Shown here: positions 1-12,062 of the stretch, in pieces
Numbering within the stretch: the first letter of the stretch is position 1
Layout of the letters: each line of letters starts with the position of its first letter
Source of the DNA: Squalus acanthias
Lineage: Eukaryota
Assembly (NCBI GenBank): GCA_030390025.1
Contig: JASTWF010000048.1
Span: 1,612,001-1,676,000, forward strand
Direction of reading: 5' to 3'
Length of the DNA: 64,000 nt
Notes under the pieces: model-generated
Database searches by the model: none
Told to the model about the DNA's origin: nothing
The model's input: the letters and a program-made list of their open reading frames with translations, nothing else
Made by a program: the position numbers and the translations under genes

Positions 1-865
1 AGAGCCGCATCAGACCAGACGGGCCGAATGGCCTCCTTCAGTGCTGCAGGATTCTATGATTCTTGGAAAAACGGAACGTTGCTGGGAAAAATGCTCTCCT
101 GTTTCAGGCAGTGCAGGTTTGAGTTCCTATGTGCTGAGCGAGAATTCAAGGGTTAAATACTTTGCAGAAATGAATTCGCAGATTCTTTGAAAAACACATC
201 AAAAGGCGCCTAGAGTATGTTAGAGAAGTGGGTAAACGGTTTTCAACAGATTCTGAAACCGCAGTTAGGATGCAGGTGTCCGGGAGACAAACATATCTGA
301 AGATGCCTCTCGCCTTCGCACAGTGTGAACCATCTGTTAGAATTGCAAGGTTTCTAACATTAACTATTTCCTAATTGTATGCGGTCTTCTCCTTAGAGCA
401 GAGAATGTAAGGCGCAGCTTTACCAGAATGGCACCAGGAATGAGCGACTCCAGTTTACTGGAGACGCGGGAGAAGCTGGTGTTGTTCTGTCTGCAGCACG
501 CAATCTGGTTCTTAAATGAAGATAATGTCTTAAAAGAACGACATTCAGTCCGTTGATACATCAAATTTTAATTAATTAAAATCAATTTGNNNNNNNNNNN
601 NNNNNNNNNNNNNNNNNNNNNNNNNNNNNNNNNNNNNNNNNNNNNNNNNNNNNNNNNNNNNNNNNNNNNNNNNNNNNNNNNNNNNNNNNNNNNNNNNNNN
701 NNNNNNNNNNNNNNNNNNNNNNNNNNNNNNNNNNNNNNNNNNNNNNNNNNNNNNNNNNNNNNNNNNNNNNNNNNNNNNNNNNNNNNNNNNNNNNNNNNNN
801 NNNNNNNNNNNNNNNNNNTCTATCTATCATTAGAACTGGTTAGGCGGTAGTGTCTGAGACGGGCG

Positions 866-904
866 GGTTTTTGTAGCACGGTTCAGTCTGAATGTGTCTC
901 TGTG
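866..904 (-). promoter_or_regulatory. 23-RSS of V1
   Basis: CACAGAG-23 bp-ACAAAAACC. Confidence 0.92.
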
Positions 905-2007
905 CATCACTGCAGGCACAGAAATACCGCGCCGTGTCGTTCGGCCGCACCATCGATATCTTCAGATCGAAGGAGTTATCTGCAGTTTTCTTGGCCCAAA
1001 ATCTCTCCGTGATGCCCTCCGACCTGGTCGGGTCACCTCCATGCACCGCATACAAGAGGTCCTGGAGACCCAGGCCCGGGAGCTGACGGTACCAGTACAT
1101 ATAAGCATCAGTGCCGCGTTGGGTACACGGGATAGTTACAGACTCGCCCTCTCTCACCGACACATACTCCCGGGACTGCACTATCTTCTGAGACCCGCCA
1201 ACTCCTGGAAGGAAAAAAGAAGTGAACAGCCAAGAAAGACAGTTATTTCCCCCGAAATTATACCCACTAACCTGTTTAATTATTAGCTGTTATTTGACTG
1301 ATGTTCCCTATTGCCGCGCACTCTAGCTTTTCATTTCAATCGATGTACTTTCTGTATTTTCACATTAATCTAATTGAGCTGACCAAAGGATTGGATAGGC
1401 TAGATAGGGAGAAATGATTTCCTCTATCTACCCTATGAGCCCCCTGTTCCTATGCTCCTTAACAGACACATTCTACCGGTTCGACCGCACGACATTCTTG
1501 TTTTAGACGATTTGGCAAAACAAAATTAATAGTCAAAAGCCGCAGGCACTTGTAGTTAGACAGGAGCCAATAGGTTTAGTGGGGCTGTCCTTATAATATG
1601 GATTGGCGTGGAAATGTCACTCACTGGTTCAACTATTATAGAAGAATCCCTGTTAACTAAATGTCTATGCCGACCTTATTTAACACAATTGATCTCCTTT
1701 AAGTGTCACTAAACAGATATAGTCTACTTGCTCCAACAATCCTGTTCTCTTCCTTTCCTTTGTTCTTTCTTTCGTTTCAGCTATTTTTTTCGGTCTTTCT
1801 TTTTTCTTTCTATCTTTCTATCCATCTTTTTATCTCATCCATCCATTCATTCTTTATCTTTTTGTTGAAAATTAAAAATAGTTTTGTATGCTCTTTAATA
1901 CATTCTTATTCCGAAAGCTAAAGGCCTCCATGTGACACCGGGCTTTCGCTTTACTTACCCGCCAATAGGAACAGCGGCAACGTGATGGACAGGAAGCAAG
2001 TCCGCAT
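905..2007 (-). CDS. TRBV: TCR beta-type V segment V1 (family A); leader exon 1959-2007, V exon 905-1204; appears intact
   Basis: Leader MRTCFLSITLPLFLLA with GTAAGT donor; polypyrimidine/CAG acceptor; V domain QKIVQS...PC...WYRQ...DTARYFCACSD; 23-RSS follows. Confidence 0.88.
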
Positions 2008-2329
2008 GGTCCGGGACAGAGTGTCTGTGACCGGGAGCTCCTCGACCAACAAGCTGTTCAGAGACTGGTGCAATGAGACTGTGGTGTGCAAGATCCGAAC
2101 TGGCGCGTGTAAACGGCAACGTTCTCTATCGTTCATAAGAAAACATTGACCATACAATGCACTGCCCCTCCCTCTATGACTGGCAGCCCCGCCCCTCACT
2201 CGATGATTGATAGCACCGTCCGTCCTCTATATTTGACTGCCGCGTCATATTTCCCTGAATGACAGCCCCTCCCCACCGTCTCCAGTGAACAACCCGGCCC
2301 CTCGCGCTCTGATTGGCAGGAAGTAGAAC

Positions 2330-3190
2330 AGATGGGAACCTGGAGTTGCAAAGGGGACACAGAGATAAAGTGAGCGGGCAAAGCAATGGAAGAAGGAACA
2401 GTGGAAGAAGTGGACAAGTGCGAGGTCATCCACTTGGGATCTTAGAAAGATAGATCAGAGTATTTTCTAAATGGTGTGAAGCTAGAAATTTCGGTAAGCA
2501 GGGGTATTTAACTGCCCAGGTAAACAAATCACTAAATGCCGGTAGACAGGGAAAAAAGGAATCAAAAAGGCTAAAGGGATGTTGTCCTTTATCTCAAGGC
2601 GTCTGGAATATAAACGGCAGGAAGTTATTCTTCTGTCATGTAGAGAATTGGTCAGACCCCATCTGGAGTACTGAGTTCAATTCTGGGTACCGCACCTCAG
2701 GAATGATATATTAGACTTGGAGGGGATGCAGCGCAGATTCACCAGACTGATACCCGGGACTGAGAGGGTTTAATTGTGAGGAAGGATTGCAAAACGTGGC
2801 CTATATTACTTTGAATCAAGAAGATCAGTGCTGAACTGATTGAGTTTTGTAAATGTTGAAACAATTTGATAGGGTAGATGGAGACAAACTATTTCCTCTG
2901 GTGGGGGAGTCCAGAACTAGGTGGAACAGCCTTAAAGTTAGAGTTAGGCGGTTCAGGCATTGTGTCAAAAATCACCTGTTCACACAATGGTAGTGAAAAT
3001 GTGGAAAGATCTCCTCCCCGAATCTTTTAAGGCTGAGGGTCAATTGGAGCTTTCATGACTGTGATTGATAGATATTTGTTGTGTAAGTGTATCGTGTTTC
3101 ATGCAGCAAATGGGATTAGAAAGAATGAAGATACACATCAACCATGATCTCCTTGGCTGGCATTGCAGTCTCGAGGGGCTGAATGGGCTC
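2330..3190 (+). mobile_element. Decayed CR1-type LINE 3' fragment; copies of such fragments lie upstream of nearly every V
   Basis: Degenerate RT C-terminal motifs (KCEVIH, RPHLEY, QRRFTR) and 3' end GCTGAATGGCCTCC-like; boundaries approximate. Confidence 0.7.
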
Positions 3191-3885
3191 CTCCTGTTAC
3201 AGTGTAACAGGCTTTTGTGGCTGAATGGGCCTACTCCTGTACCTGTGTACACGGTCCCAAAGGGGCTCAAGGACTACTCCTGTTCATATGTAACAGGCTG
3301 AGCTGGACTGAATGACCTCCTTCTATTCCACTTTAAACCGTATTACAAGCAAACGTGCAGTTCATGGTACTAGAGCGCCATCTATAGTCTCCGTGGAGAA
3401 AGTCAACACACTGTCAGTGTGTAAAATCCCGACAGTCTATTTACATCCTTTGCTTCTTTCTATCATTCTTTCCTTGTTTCTAACATAATTTGTTTTCCTT
3501 CTTTCTTCCTTCCTTCCTTTCTGTCTTTCTTCTTCCTTCCTTCCTTCCTTCCTTTCTCTCTTTCTTCTTTCTTTCATCTTTCTTACATTCTGTCTTTCAT
3601 TCTTTCTATCATTCTTTCTTTTCTGCCTTGTTTCTATCTGTGTATCATTCTTTCTTTCTATCATTCTATCTTTCTTTCTATCTTCCTTTCGTTCTATCGC
3701 TATTCACTCCATAAAACTTAATCTTTCATTACAACTTTCTCAGTGCCTTTTTTCTCTTTTTCTCACTTTTACTGGAACCCGCTTCTTGATCTGGTCAAAA
3801 GCATGTTCGCTCTGCTAAAATTAAACGAACAGTACTCAGCACAGAACGGTTTTATCTCAAACAGGTGTTTCCTGCCGCCTTTGGG

Positions 3886-3924
3886 GTTTTTTGTTCAGCT
3901 CCTCCATGTCTCTGAGTCACTGTG
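3886..3924 (-). promoter_or_regulatory. 23-RSS of V2
   Basis: CACAGTG-23-ACAAAAAAC. Confidence 0.92.
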
Positions 3925-4430
3925 CAGACTCCAGGCGCAGTAATAAACGGCCGAGGGATTCGCCCGCAGGCTGGAGGACTTCAGGTTGAACTCTTTGTCA
4001 TTCGGTCGCTCGGCGGTGAAACCGTCCACCATCCCCTCTGGATTCACAATATTGGTACCCCCGGAGATAAACATGGATTGCGGCCCCTTCCCCGGGTCCT
4101 GTCTGTACCAGTACATGTAACTGCTACTGGCACCCTCCAAGTTGCACTTTAGATCGACACCCTCCCCAGCAAATTTGGAGACAGCGGCGGGAATCTGGCG
4201 GATAGTCTGCGAGTTCGCGTCTGAGAAAGAGACAGGGAGAGGAGAAGATTAGTAAACAGGGGCATTCTGGGTTGTGGGGAAAGAAAGAAGTAAAGGACGA
4301 GAGAAAGAGAGAAAGAAGTAAACAACGAAGGAAAGAAATAAATAGTAACGAATGGTTATTAACAAAGATTATTGTGTGAAAAAAATCACTTACATTGAAA
4401 TACAATTATGAAACTCAGTAACAGATACAT
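3925..4430 (-). CDS. TRBV: V2 (family B, TRBV30-like); leader 4394-4430, V exon 3925-4220; intact
   Basis: Leader MYLLLSFIIVFQ/GTAAGT; exon ANSQTIRQ...KCNLEG...WYRQ...YYCAWSL, 296 bp in frame. Confidence 0.88.
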
Positions 4431-4759
4431 CTTTAACTTGAAGATTTACTTTTAGAAATGAAACCAGCGAAAACAAGAGCGTTGCGTCTTGTGAGGATGC
4501 AACACGTTCTTTTCAAATCACTCAGGAAACATTGACGAGCGTAAGGAAGTGATTCAGGCCCACCCCCCATCTGTGACTGACAACACCGCTCCTCCACTCA
4601 CAGGCTGGTTGACAGCCCCGCCCCTCCCAGGCTGATTGACAGACACGCCCTCACTCCGTGAAATAATATCCCGCCCCCATACTGATTGACAGTCCAGCCC
4701 CTCCCTCTCTGTTTGGCAGTAAGTGGAGCAAACGGGAGCAGGTTTCAAAGTTGACCTAA

Positions 4760-5610
4760 ACAGCTGACGTGAATGAGAAAAAAACAGCGGCAGGTAGAGT
4801 TTAACGTGGAACGTGGGCATGTATGAGGTCATCCAATGGGGGCCTGAGGAAGAAACATCTGAGTATTTTCTAACTGATGAGAAGCTGGAAACTGTCGAGG
4901 AGCAAAGAAATTTAGTTGGCCAAGTAGACAAATCACTAAAAGCCAGGATAGAGGTGCAAAAAGGAATCAAAGAGATTAATGCAATGTTGCCCTTTATGTC
5001 AAGGAGGCTGGAATACAAACGGGAGGTAGTTATGCTTCAGTTGGGCAGAGCCCCGGTTAGACTCCATCTGGCAAACTAGGTACAGTTCTGGGGAACGCAC
5101 CTCAGGAAGGACGTTTTGTCCTTGGAGGGAGTGCAAGGCAGATTCACCAGAATGATACCAGGGCTTAGTGGGTTAAATTATGAAGACAGGTTGTATAGAA
5201 CAGCCTTGTCTGCCCTTGCGTATAAAAGATTGAGGGGTGAACTGATTCAGTCTTTTAATGTGAAAAGAAATTGATAGGGTAGATCGAATGAAAGTATGTC
5301 CACTGGTGGCGGAGTCCAGAACAAGGAGGCATAACTTAACAATGAGAGCTAAGCCTTTCAGGCGTGAGGGCAGGAAGCACTTCTTCACACAAAGGGCAGT
5401 GAGAATCTTCAACTCTCTGCCCGAAAACGATGTGCGTGCCGGCGGTCAATTGGAGATTTCTAGACCGAAATTGACAGATTTTTTTCTTGGTAAGCAGATC
5501 AAGAGATAGGAAGACAAAGCGGGTCGATGGATTTAATATATGATCCAGCTCGATCCAATTGAATGACGAAGTAGGCTTGGAGAGCTGAATGGCCTCCTCC
5601 TGTTCCTGTG
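4760..5610 (+). mobile_element. Decayed CR1-type LINE 3' fragment
   Basis: ORFs 4813-5079 and 5288-5509 are remnants of the CR1 RT C-terminus. Confidence 0.7.
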
Positions 5611-5635
5611 TTTCTGTAAACCATGTTCCAGACAC

Positions 5636-6801
5636 AGGGGTCAGTGCTGGGTCCCCAACTCTTTACAATCTATATTAACGATTTGGAGGAAGGGACCAAG
5701 TGTAACATATCAAAATTTGCAGATGATACAAAGATGGGAGGGAAAGTAGTGAGTGAGGAGGACATAAAAAACCTGCAAGGGGACATAGACAGGCTAAGTA
5801 AGTGGGCAGAGATTTGGCAGATGGAATACAACACTGGAAAGTGTGAGGTGATGCACTTTGGCAGGAAAAATCCTAGAGCAATTTATTATCTTAATGGCAA
5901 GAAACTGGAGAGTACTGAAGTGCAAAGGGATCTGGGGGTCCTGGTGCACGAAACTCAAAAGGTTAGTATGCAGGTGCAGCAAGTGATTAAGAAGGCAAAT
6001 GGAATGTTGGCTTTCATTGCTAGGGGGATAGAATATAAAAATAGGGAGGTATTGCTTCAGTTGTACAAGGTATTGGTGAGACCGCACCTGGAATACTGCG
6101 TACAGTTTTGGTGTCCTTACTTAAGGAAAGACATCCTTGCTCTCGAGGCAGTGCAAAAAAGGTTCACTCGGTTAATCCCGGGGATGAGGGGGTGGTCATA
6201 TGAGGAGAGGTTGGGTAGATTGGGACTCTACTCATTGGAGTTCAGAAGAATGAGAGGCGATCTTATTGAAACATATAAGATTGTGAAGGGGTTGGATCGG
6301 GTGGATGCGGGGAGGATGTTCCCGATGACGGGTGAGACGAGAACTAGGGGACATAGTCTTAGAATAAGGGGCTGCTCTTTCAAAACTGAGATGAGGAGGA
6401 ACTACTTCACTCAGAGGGTGGTAGGTCCATGGAATATGCTGCCACAAAAAGCTGTAGAAGCTACAACATTAATTAAATTTAAAACAGAAATAGACAGTTT
6501 CCTAGAAGTAAAGGGCATTAAGGGTTACGGGGAGCGGGCAGGAATTTGGACATGAGTCTAGGTTCGGATCGGTCATGGCCCTGTGGGTAGTGGAGCGGGC
6601 CCAGGGACTGTGTAGCCTGATTCTGCTCCTATTTCGTGTGTGCAATTCTGTTAGATGCAGGAGATGGTTCTGTGATAGATAGTAGATTGGCGGTTAGGAT
6701 CAGATCAGCCATGATCTTATTGAATGGCGGAGCAGGCTCGAGGGGCCGATTGGCCTACTCCTGCTCCTATTTCTTATGTTCTTATGTTCTTATGTTCTTA
6801 T
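5636..6801 (+). mobile_element. Young 5'-truncated CR1-clade LINE with intact RT C-terminal ORF (5623-6555)
   Basis: QGSVLGPQLFTIYINDL...FADDTK motifs, uninterrupted 310 aa, (TTCTTATG)n tail; absent from paralogous site near 46650. Confidence 0.92.
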
Positions 6802-7701
6802 GATGTGTTTCATGGTCCTGCAGCGCCCTCTGCTGTCAATGTGGAGAAACAGAGCGTCAGTCGACCAAAACCCACCCGTGTGTNNNNNNNNNNNNNNNNN
6901 NNNNNNNNNNNNNNNNNNNNNNNNNNNNNNNNNNNNNNNNNNNNNNNNNNNNNNNNNNNNNNNNNNNNNNNNNNNNNNNNNNNNNNNNNNNNNNNNNNNN
7001 NNNNNNNNNNNNNNNNNNNNNNNNNNNNNNNNNNNNNNNNNNNNNNNNNNNNNNNNNNNNNNNNTTCCTTTTCTCTTTGTCTTTCTTTCTGTCTTTCAAT
7101 TTCTCTCAACCTTTCACTCTCTCTTTCATTCCTTATTTCTTTCTTTCCTTCTTTCTTTCTTCCTTTCTTTCTTTCGTTCTTTCTTTCTCTATCCTTTACT
7201 TTTTCTTTCTCTATCATTATATTGTTCTATCTTTCTTTACTTCCATCTTTATTTCCTTCTTTCCTTTCTTTCTTTTTGCATTGATTATTTTCATTTGTTT
7301 TGCTCAGAGCCAACTACACCTACCATTTAAAGCCAGTGACCTCGGCTGACTGAATGTGCTCAACACTTCAAACAGGGCAGGTTGATGTTGTGTCCGATCA
7401 GCATGATCTTCTTTTCCTTTCACCCGCCATGTGCTTATCTAGCTTCCCCTTAACTGCAACTGTGTCATTCGTCTCCACTACTCCCTGTGGTAGCGAGTTC
7501 AACTTCTCGCCATTCTCTGGGTAAAGAACTTTCTCCTGAATTCCCTATTTGGACTTATTAGTGACTATCTTATATTTATGACCCCGAGCTTTTGTCTTCC
7601 TCACAAGTGGAAGCATCTTCCCTACATTTATCCTATCGCACGCCTTTCATAATTTTCGCTATCAGGTCATCCCTCAGTCTTTTCTTTTCTAGAGAAAGCA
7701 G

Positions 7702-8030
7702 CCTTCCACGGATATTGTCTGTGCCGGAACATGTTAGGGTTACTGACAGACTTCACAGAGCATTTCAGGTCCACACGCTCCCGAGGTAATTTGGAGACAG
7801 CGGCGGGAGTCTGGCGGATACTCTGTGAGCTCACATCTGGGAAAGAGACGGGCAGAGAAAGAGGTCAGTAAACTGGGTCATTCGGGCAATGGGGAAAGGG
7901 AGCAGGAGCTAAAGAAAGAAAGAGAGATAGATAGAAAGAAATAAAGTAAATGGAGGTTGTCACCAATAATTATTGTTTGAAAATCTCTCTTCAGGTGGAT
8001 CAAGTTCAGCAGACACAGTAACAGATAAAT
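7702..8030 (-). pseudogene. V3 (family B) 3'-truncated pseudogene
   Basis: Exon from 7836 reads DVSSQSIRQ...KCSV...MFRHRQYPWK then joins LINE sequence; no RSS; Trp lost; leader ATG mutated to ATT and donor mutated. Confidence 0.85.
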
Positions 8031-8214
8031 CTTTTATTTTAATGTTTAATTCTAATGAGGGAAGGAGCGAGAGCAGGAGCATTGAGTGTTGCGAAGAGAC
8101 AAAGCGCTCTTTTCAAAGCATTGAGAAAAACATGAAGAGCGTAAGGAAGCAATAGAAGGACGGTTACACCCTCTTACTCAAGTACAAACAATCGGAACCG
8201 ACGTGTTTGCCAAT

Positions 8215-8645
8215 GTCTCCCCCTTTCTCTCTCTGTCTTTTAATATCACTCTCTTTTTCTCTCTCGCTGTTCATCCGGCTCTCTATCTGCATCTCTCCCT
8301 GTCTGGCTTTGTATGTTTTGTCTCTCTCGCTCTATGTCTCTCTGTACATGTGTGTGTCTCTCTATGTCTGTCTTTCTGTGTATCTCCCTCTTGTCTCTCT
8401 GTCTATCTCTCTCTCTGTCTCACTTTATCTCCTGTCTCTCGCTCTCTGTCTCTCTTTCTCTCTGTCTCTCTTTCACTTGCTTTCTCTCGATCTCTGTCTC
8501 TCTCTTTCCTCTCTCTGTCTCTCTTTCGTCTCTCTGTCTCTCTTTCATTCGCTTTCTCTCTCTCTTTGTCTCTCTCTTTCCTCTCTGTCTCTGTCTCTGT
8601 CACTCCCTCACTCACAAACTCTCTCTCTCTCGCTTTTTCTCTCTA
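8215..8645. repeat. (CT)n/(CTGT)n-rich microsatellite
   Basis: Low-complexity tract; paralogs at about 35195-35300 and 47925-48395/50397-50500. Confidence 0.9.
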
Positions 8646-9040
8646 CTAAAGCAAACTGAATTGAAAGATAAACGTGGGCTTACCAGAGCTGATCTCCAGA
8701 CTCAGACGGTGGAACAGGAGTGAGAGACACGCGGTCCCACACACTTCCATCAACCTCCGTTCCTCCTGACTCTTCTACAAGTGCACGGATTGGTTACTCG
8801 TTGCAGGGCGGGGATGACGTATGATGTCAGACGTCGACGCCTCACTATCTTGTCCCAAGTCATTTAATGCGTGGAGGGCAGAGTTGGGAATAGGGGATGC
8901 GAGGTGAGGGAGAGGATGGCGTAGGAAAGTAAAGAGGAGAGGAGTGGAAGGAGTGAAGGAGAAATCAAGCACTGAACTAAAAGCTAGTGCTGCTACCTGG
9001 TGGCGGAAAATGAGCACTGAGCTCCCATTCATCCGCTGCA

Positions 9041-9079
9041 GGGTTTTGCAGCTGGGGAGCCGCATTCTCAAACGCTGTG
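9041..9079 (-). promoter_or_regulatory. 23-RSS of V4
   Basis: CACAGCG-23-GCAAAACCC. Confidence 0.85.
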
Positions 9080-9989
9080 CGGTACTACAAGCACAGTAAT
9101 AGACAGCGGTGTGAGACGGAGAGGCGGCGCTCAGTTCCAAAGTAAACAGCGTAGTGCTGATTCTTTCGGCCTTAAAAAGACTCTGCCGTGTAGCTCGTAA
9201 CAGGACCTGCTCCAGCAGAATAGAACAGAGCTTCTAGTGCCCGGTCGGGTTGTTGTCTGTACCAGAACATTACGGGACGGCCAGTATTCGTCAGCGTGCA
9301 TCTGAGCGTGGTCGACTCTCCTGCTCCAATCGATAGGACAGAAGGCGACTGATCCACGTACGAGGCGAGTATTCCTGTGGAGCGTTACATTGATTAGTTA
9401 CTTATTTTTGTCAATAATTGATTCGAGCGCGGGCTACAGAGAAAGAGAACTTCCATTCATAAAGCTGCATTCACGAGCAGAGAAAGTCACAAATCTCTTT
9501 ACAACCAATGAAGTACTGATTAAAGTGTAGTCATTGTTGTAATGAAGGAAAGGAGATAGACAATTTGAGCACAGCAAGCTCCCACATACTGCATTGAAAT
9601 AAATGTTTTTTGGTGTTTGTTGTGGAATTAATGTTGGCACAGGACACCGGCGACAACTTCGCTGCTCTTCCTTCAATAGTGCCCTGAGATCATTTACATC
9701 CACCTGAGAGAGCAGCTCTGTTTAAAGCCTTATCCGAAAGATGGCACTTCCGAAAGTGCAGCACTCCCTCAGCGCTGGTCCCGGGAGTATCAGCATAGAT
9801 TTTGTGCTCAAGTCTCAGGAGTAAGACTGAAACCCATAACCTCTGATTCCGAGGCAAGGTTTCTACCAGCTGAACACGAGCTGACATTATAGTACATTAT
9901 TCCACAAAGACCTCTGCATAAGTTTGTTAATCTGACTTACGTGGGATCAGCGTCACCATCAACATTAGATAATGAGCTTCATGAAACAT
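9080..9989 (-). pseudogene. V4 (family C), frameshifted; leader 9941-9989, V exon 9080-9374
   Basis: Exon is 295 bp versus 294 in paralogs; extra base in homopolymer at about 9174-9178 gives TAA; leader MFHEAHYLMLMVTLIP intact. Confidence 0.8.
9447..9890 (-). mobile_element. Deu-domain SINE (AmnSINE1/SacSINE1-like) in family-C leader intron; paralogs about 15520-15975, 36095-36550, 55170-55612
   Basis: Recognisable Deu-domain text on - strand (GTGCCATCTTTCGGAT..., GGGAGCTTGCTGTGC..., AGTACTTCATTGG); identified from memory of the consensus, not by search. Confidence 0.7.
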
Positions 9990-10099
9990 GATTTATTCAT
10001 TCGACACTGGCTCGCTGTGTGATCGGGTGTAGCTGAATTCCACGTTTAAAGGCAGTTTCTCTGTTGAATCTGATTAAACACGAAGCATCCGGTTGGAAA

Positions 10100-10122
10100 T
10101 GTCACTCGTACGTCACTTCCTG
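10100..10122 (-). promoter_or_regulatory. V-beta decamer/CRE-like plus ETS promoter element of family C; also 16186-16209, 36761-36785, 55832-55855
   Basis: CAGGAAGTGACGTACGAGTGAC about 120 bp upstream of the ATG, TTTAAA TATA-like box near 10045; resembles the conserved TCR V-beta promoter decamer AGTGAYRTCA. Confidence 0.65.
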
Positions 10123-10282
10123 TGTAACCCACGCTCCATCCCATTCGTTCGGTAGTTTAGCAAATTCACAGAACCGGACAGCACAGAAGGTTAAGGAGAG
10201 AACTAATAGAGTTGTTCAAAATTAAGAAGGGTTTTGATAGACTTGATAGGGAGAAACGATATCGACTGGCAGGAAATCGTTA

Positions 10283-10445
10283 TGATGCGGAGATGCCGGT
10301 GTTGGACTGGGGTGGACAAAATTGAGAGGTCGCACAACACCAGGCTGTATCTCCTCACTTCACCTGACGAAGGAGTTGTAACTCCGAAAGCTTGTGATTT
10401 AAAATAAAACTGTTGGACTATAGCCTGGTGTTGTGCGACCTCTCA
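10283..10445. mobile_element. Miniature Penelope-like insertion (pseudo-LTR only, inverted ends) with 12-bp TSD
   Basis: TSD AGGAAATCGTTA at 10271-10282 and 10446-10457; inverted repeat 10322-10346/10422-10446; same terminus as the 20553 element; empty site near 36930. Confidence 0.85.
10360..10397 (+). ncRNA. Minimal type-I hammerhead ribozyme-like motif
   Basis: UCAC-CUGACGA-A-GGAGUU/AACUCC-GAAA-GCUU-GUGA. Confidence 0.7.
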
Positions 10446-12026
10446 AGGAAATCGTTAACCAGAGGGCACAGATTTAAGATAATGGGCAAAAGAACCAGCG
10501 GGGAGATGAGGAAATATAAATGTTATTAAACAGAGAGTTTTCATGATCTGGAATGTATTGCCTGAACGGGCAGTGGAAACAGATTCAATAATAACTTTCA
10601 AAAGTGAATTAGATATAAACTTGAAAAAGAAAGAGAACACAGGTCTATGGGGAATGAGCAGGATAGCGGGACTAAATTAATAGGAGCGACCAAAACTAAG
10701 GGTCACAAATATAAAATAAACACTGATAAATCCTACAGAGAATTCAGGAGTAATATCTTTACCCAAAGTTAGCTGGGAATGTAGAACTTGATACCACATG
10801 TAGTGGTAGAGGGAAGTAGCATAAATGTATTTAATCGGAAGTTAGATATGTATTTGAGGGAGGAAGGAATAGAAGGATATGATGATGGGGTGGTCGAAGA
10901 GGGGTGGGATGAAACCCGAGGGTATCTCGTTGGGTAGGTCTTTCAAAGAGTCGGCACAGGCTCGATGGGCCGAATGGCCTCCTTCGTGCTGTACGATTTT
11001 ATGCTTCTATAAGACACGCAACATTGTTGGGACAAAGTGCTATCCTGTTTCAGGCAGTCCTGTTTTCAGCTCCTGTGTGCTGAACGAGAATTCAAGGGTT
11101 ACATTTTTTTACTGGGTTGAATTCGCAGAATCATTGAGAAACACATCAAAAGGTCCCTAGAGCCTGATAGAGAAGCGGCTAAACGGTTGTGAACAGATGC
11201 TGAAACCGCCGTCATGAGGCAGGTGTCCCGGTGACAAACGTATCTGGAGGCGCATCTCGACTTTGCACAGTGTAATAGTGCGGTGACACGTTTAGGGATT
11301 CTAAGATTAACAATTTCCTATTGGGATGAGACAGTTCAACTTAGAGCAGAGAAGTTTAAGGGGAGTTTTGGTAGATGTTTTCAAAATCATGAAGGTTTTG
11401 ATGGAGTAATTAAGGGGAAATTGTCTCCAGTGGCCGCAGGGTCGGTAACAAGAGGAGGCAGATAAAAGGTGATTGACAGAAGAACCAGAGGGGGAGATGA
11501 GGAGAATGTGTTTACTCTGCGAGTTGTTATGATCTGGAATGCACGATCTGAAAGGGCGCGGGAAGAAGGTTCAACAGTAACTTTCAAAAGTGAATTGGAT
11601 AAAATCTTGAGGGGAAAATTTACAGGGCTATGCGGAAAGAGAAGGAGGTCTGGGACTAATCGGACAGCTCTTTCAAAGAGCCGGCAGTCACAATGGGCCG
11701 ACTGGAATCCATCTGTGCTCCATCTGTAGTGCATCATTCTAAGTTTCTATGATAATCAGCGCATCTCTGGTTACTACCGCAATCCGACAAATCGGGGAGG
11801 GTTCTGCACCCCCTCTGCTGAGGTGATCCTGGGAATTATTCAGAGGAATAATCGCGAGGTACGTGTGACTCCTTCCCATTTTCCTTTGTCCGCTCTTTCA
11901 ACTCTGCTGTTAACCAATTTAAATCTCCGCCTCAAGTATCTTAAGGGAAAGGACATCCACACCATTAATACAGCATGCTTATTGAATAATAATCAATTGA
12001 ATTCATCAAAGGTGACCGAGAGTAAG

Positions 12027-12062
<36 letters not shown>

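Noticed and set aside
318-326. Isolated CACAGTG heptamer in the six-copy block (also near 11266, 17166, 37749, 41340)
   Set aside because: No nonamer at 12 or 23 bp; not an RSS
582-850. ORFs made of X residues (and those over the other N runs)
   Set aside because: Artifacts of assembly gaps, often flanked by (TAGA)n or (TTTC)n repeats
1560-1640. Paired CCAAT boxes in the family-A intron
   Set aside because: Only two recent paralogs are available, so conservation cannot be told from duplication
8203-8723. Long Leu/Ser/Phe-rich or Arg/Glu/Lys-rich ORFs (also near 3.5, 7.1, 32.5, 44.5, 48, 59.4, 61.6 kb)
   Set aside because: Translations of CT/CTTT microsatellites
11806-11823. Additional CTCF-like motif CTCAGCAGAGGGGGTG (paralog near 38280)
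   Set aside because: Weaker match and degenerate in the paralog; not counted
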